The translations under genes and the position numbers were made by a program. Of a stretch of 64,000 nt of DNA, positions 61,421 to 64,000 are shown piece by piece (position 1 is the first letter of the stretch; every line of letters starts with the position of its first letter). Below the pieces are notes generated by a model, which searched no databases, was not told the DNA's origin, and saw only the letters and a program-made list of their open reading frames with translations. The stretch covers positions 17,610,001 through 17,674,000 of the forward strand of contig NC_087250.1 of assembly GCF_037042905.1 (NCBI RefSeq). The letters are read 5' to 3'. This DNA comes from Lytechinus pictus. Taxonomy: Eukaryota.

Positions 61421-62604
61421 ATATATTACACACACTCACCTTGAGTGTGTGTAATATATTTCTTCCTAAAAGCAAAATTCACATTTCCACAAAGTATCCA
61501 TCAAAGATTAAAAAAGTGATTAGATTAAATTTTTGTTTTGTGACATATACGAGCAGCTGCCCATTATGTTATGTCATAATAAAATCCATAAATTTCGATT
61601 TTTTTTTTTATAGTTCATGATGATTTTTTTTTCTTTCAGGAGCTTTTTTTTTTTAATTACACAATATATGATATCTTTTTAATAGGATTTTTTTCTATAC
61701 GATATATTAGGCAGCTACTCGCATATGACGTATTAGATAAAAATATAAAATTCTTATAACTTTTTAAATCTTTGATGGATTCTGCTTAAACCTTCTTAAA
61801 TTATTTTTTTACACTCCACACAGTTGCACACAGTCCACTAATCCTGTATCCGTCGCACAATCTTGTGCAATCCTCAATTTTGCGTGACGCCCTCTCGTGA
61901 CCAAATCAGAGAGTAATCGAAACGAATAAATGTTCAGTATGTGCACTGTTTCCCTGTGTAAAACAGATAATGTTCTCTTTGTTTTGATGAAATAGAAGGT
62001 AATTTATAGGCATTATCACTAATGTGCTAATATATAGATTAATGGACATTATCTTTTTTTTAAGGAGGAACAGGCGCGGATCCAAGAGAGAGAGAAAAAA
62101 AAAGAGAGACGAATTGACCTTGCATATAAAGTTGAAAACCTTTTTTTTTTGGCTTGTTAATTTGTTGGTGGACGAATTACTGATCTTAAATTTAGGTGAC
62201 AACCTTTTTTTTTTTTGCTTGTCAAATTTCCAATGGGTAAATAAAATATGGCACTCCTTAAAAAAATCCTGAATTCTGAAGCACCCCGTAAAATTTCAAC
62301 TCTGGATCCGAGGGAAGGGGAGGGGGAGGGAGTAAATCATGGGTGTGAATGGGAGAATATTAATAAATAAATAATTATTTACCAATGACGTCACTATTCA
62401 ATATAAAGTATTATAATGGTTATTTCATTTTTTTCTTAATCATCTTGATATTAAGCATGTATTGATCATGGAAGCTGCAAACGTTTGTGAGTGCCATATT
62501 TATGAAATTTTGTATTTCGATTGTATTTTTCATATAAATATTCTCACTCTGACTCTTTTCTGTCGAATTCCACCCCCTCTTTCTCTCTCTCTCTCTCATA
62601 TTAG

Positions 62605-62740
62605 CTTTTGGTTACCAATGATATTCGATGAGAATCAATGCGAAGCCGTCTGGGATAAGGAAACCTGTTCCTACTCCGTTGTGAACCGCGACCCGACCGA
62701 CACAACGCCTTGTGAAATCTTCGCTGGAATTCTGAAATAG
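62605..62740 (+). CDS. MSMB: MSMB-like last coding exon; spliced protein is 116 aa with 10 Cys
   Basis: FWLPMIFDENQCEAVWDKETCSYSVVNRDPTDTTPCEIFAGILK*; phases match; AATAAA at 62976. Confidence 0.88.
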
Positions 62741-63041
62741 ATATAGCGCCATCTATAAACAACCTCTGTATAGTACTGTTGATTATTTTTATTCTAAACC
62801 ATTGATCCCTATATTTCTGTTAATGAAAAAGACGAGTGTGCTAAACGGGGAAAATGCCAGGGAAATTACATTAGTTTAGTATAAGATTAGACCAATCGTT
62901 TTATTTTTTTTTTCATAATTATAATAATTTTTTTTCTGTAATCGATTATATTGCCATATGTAAAAGGAAGGAATTAATAAACTCATTAATTTCATAATAC
63001 ATGGATAACTGATGAAATAACGAATTTCATTGATGCAGAAC

Positions 63042-63229
63042 GGTTCTTAACATTTGCTCCGGCGACAATGGCTCCGCTGTGAATTCCACACACTAATGGA
63101 ATCGCCAACTTCAACCCTGGAATTATACCCTTTCCTAAATCTAACATTAACCCTATTGCAACCCCAACCCTATATCTTAGTCGAAATTAAGCCCGCAGGA
63201 ATTGTCGCAGGAGCAAGTGTCGTGTCACC
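63042..63229. mobile_element. Short Mutator-like MITE related to the foldback arms
   Basis: GGTTCTTAACATTTGCTCC..GGAGCAAGTGTCGTGTCACC; 9-bp TSD ATGCAGAAC; relative at about 10593-10792. Confidence 0.75.
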
Positions 63230-63608
63230 ATGCAGAACATACAGATATATTGATTGTCAGTGATAACGCCTTGATTGGATCATCAACAAAACAAGCGGAT
63301 CTTGAAATTATTCTAGCTTTGCAAAATTACTAAATTTCATTCAGTGCCGAACTATTGAAATAGCCAAGTGTAAGTTAAACAATGAATGATGTATTTCTGG
63401 TCATACATAATGCCAGAGAGTCGATATTTTAAAAAAAAAATTAATATCATTAGTATTATCGTTCATGATTTTTTGTTTAAATTTTGTTTATGGAGAGAGG
63501 GTTTGGGCATAATTTTGTGTTTTATCTGTTATCATTCTAAACGGAGGACAAAGTGTTTCTTTGAAAAGATGATAATTAATCTTTCTTTGTGAACAGTACT
63601 AGTCTATA

Positions 63609-63831
63609 CACTCTAAATTCCAAGGACTTAAAATAAATCCAGATCTGATGTGAATAGTGACCAGCCGAATTTTGAATTCATTTTAAATCTTAAGGATTAA
63701 CTTTTAAATCTCAAAAGATTTATATTCCAATCTTTTAGATTTATATTTAAATCAAGGTTTAAATTCAATATTCGGCTTGCCTCTATTCACAGCCGATCTG
63801 GATTTATTTTAAATCCTTGGAATTAAGAGTG
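63609..63831. mobile_element. MITE with CACT termini, TA-flanked
   Basis: CACTCTAAATTCCAAGGA..TCCTTGGAATTAAGAGTG. Confidence 0.7.
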
Positions 63832-64000
63832 TAGATTATCATATTTGTCATAATATGATATCAACAAGTCCTTTTCACACTCTTAACACTCCCCACCCAG
63901 GGTGAAAGGTCACAAATGTGCATGAGTCATGCATTGACGTATTGCCAATGAGCTTTTTATGAAGCGTATAAATTTTCGTCCCATCAACGTTGCCCTATAC

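Overview
Eukaryotic, AT-rich and repeat-dense genomic DNA with spliceosomal introns. The repeat repertoire and gene content suggest an invertebrate deuterostome, probably a sea urchin (inference). Three host genes: (1) the 3' part of a BRD10/KIAA2026-like WHIM-motif and AT-hook chromatin protein on + (exons 9786-27012, 5' end upstream of the window, probably two alternative C-termini); (2) a complete 4-exon RPS11 on - (44619-34920) carrying a U35/SNORD35-like box C/D snoRNA in each of its three introns; (3) a beta-microseminoprotein (MSMB/PSP94)-like secreted protein on + with three coding exons (59800-62740). Mobile DNA: a young Gmr1-like Ty3/gypsy LTR element (861-8803; integrase before RT, RT internally deleted, RNase H absent, tRNA-Pro PBS, 5-bp TSD) inserted in a tRNA-SINE; a 5-kb Harbinger-type element with exon-like cargo in RPS11 intron 2; a 5.8-kb hAT-type composite containing a foldback element whose arms are 15-bp tandem arrays; many TTAA-, CWG- and 9-bp-TSD MITEs; and a SINE with a 7SL/Alu-like head (47852-48040), the most unexpected item. 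All coordinates were read by eye and no database search was possible.
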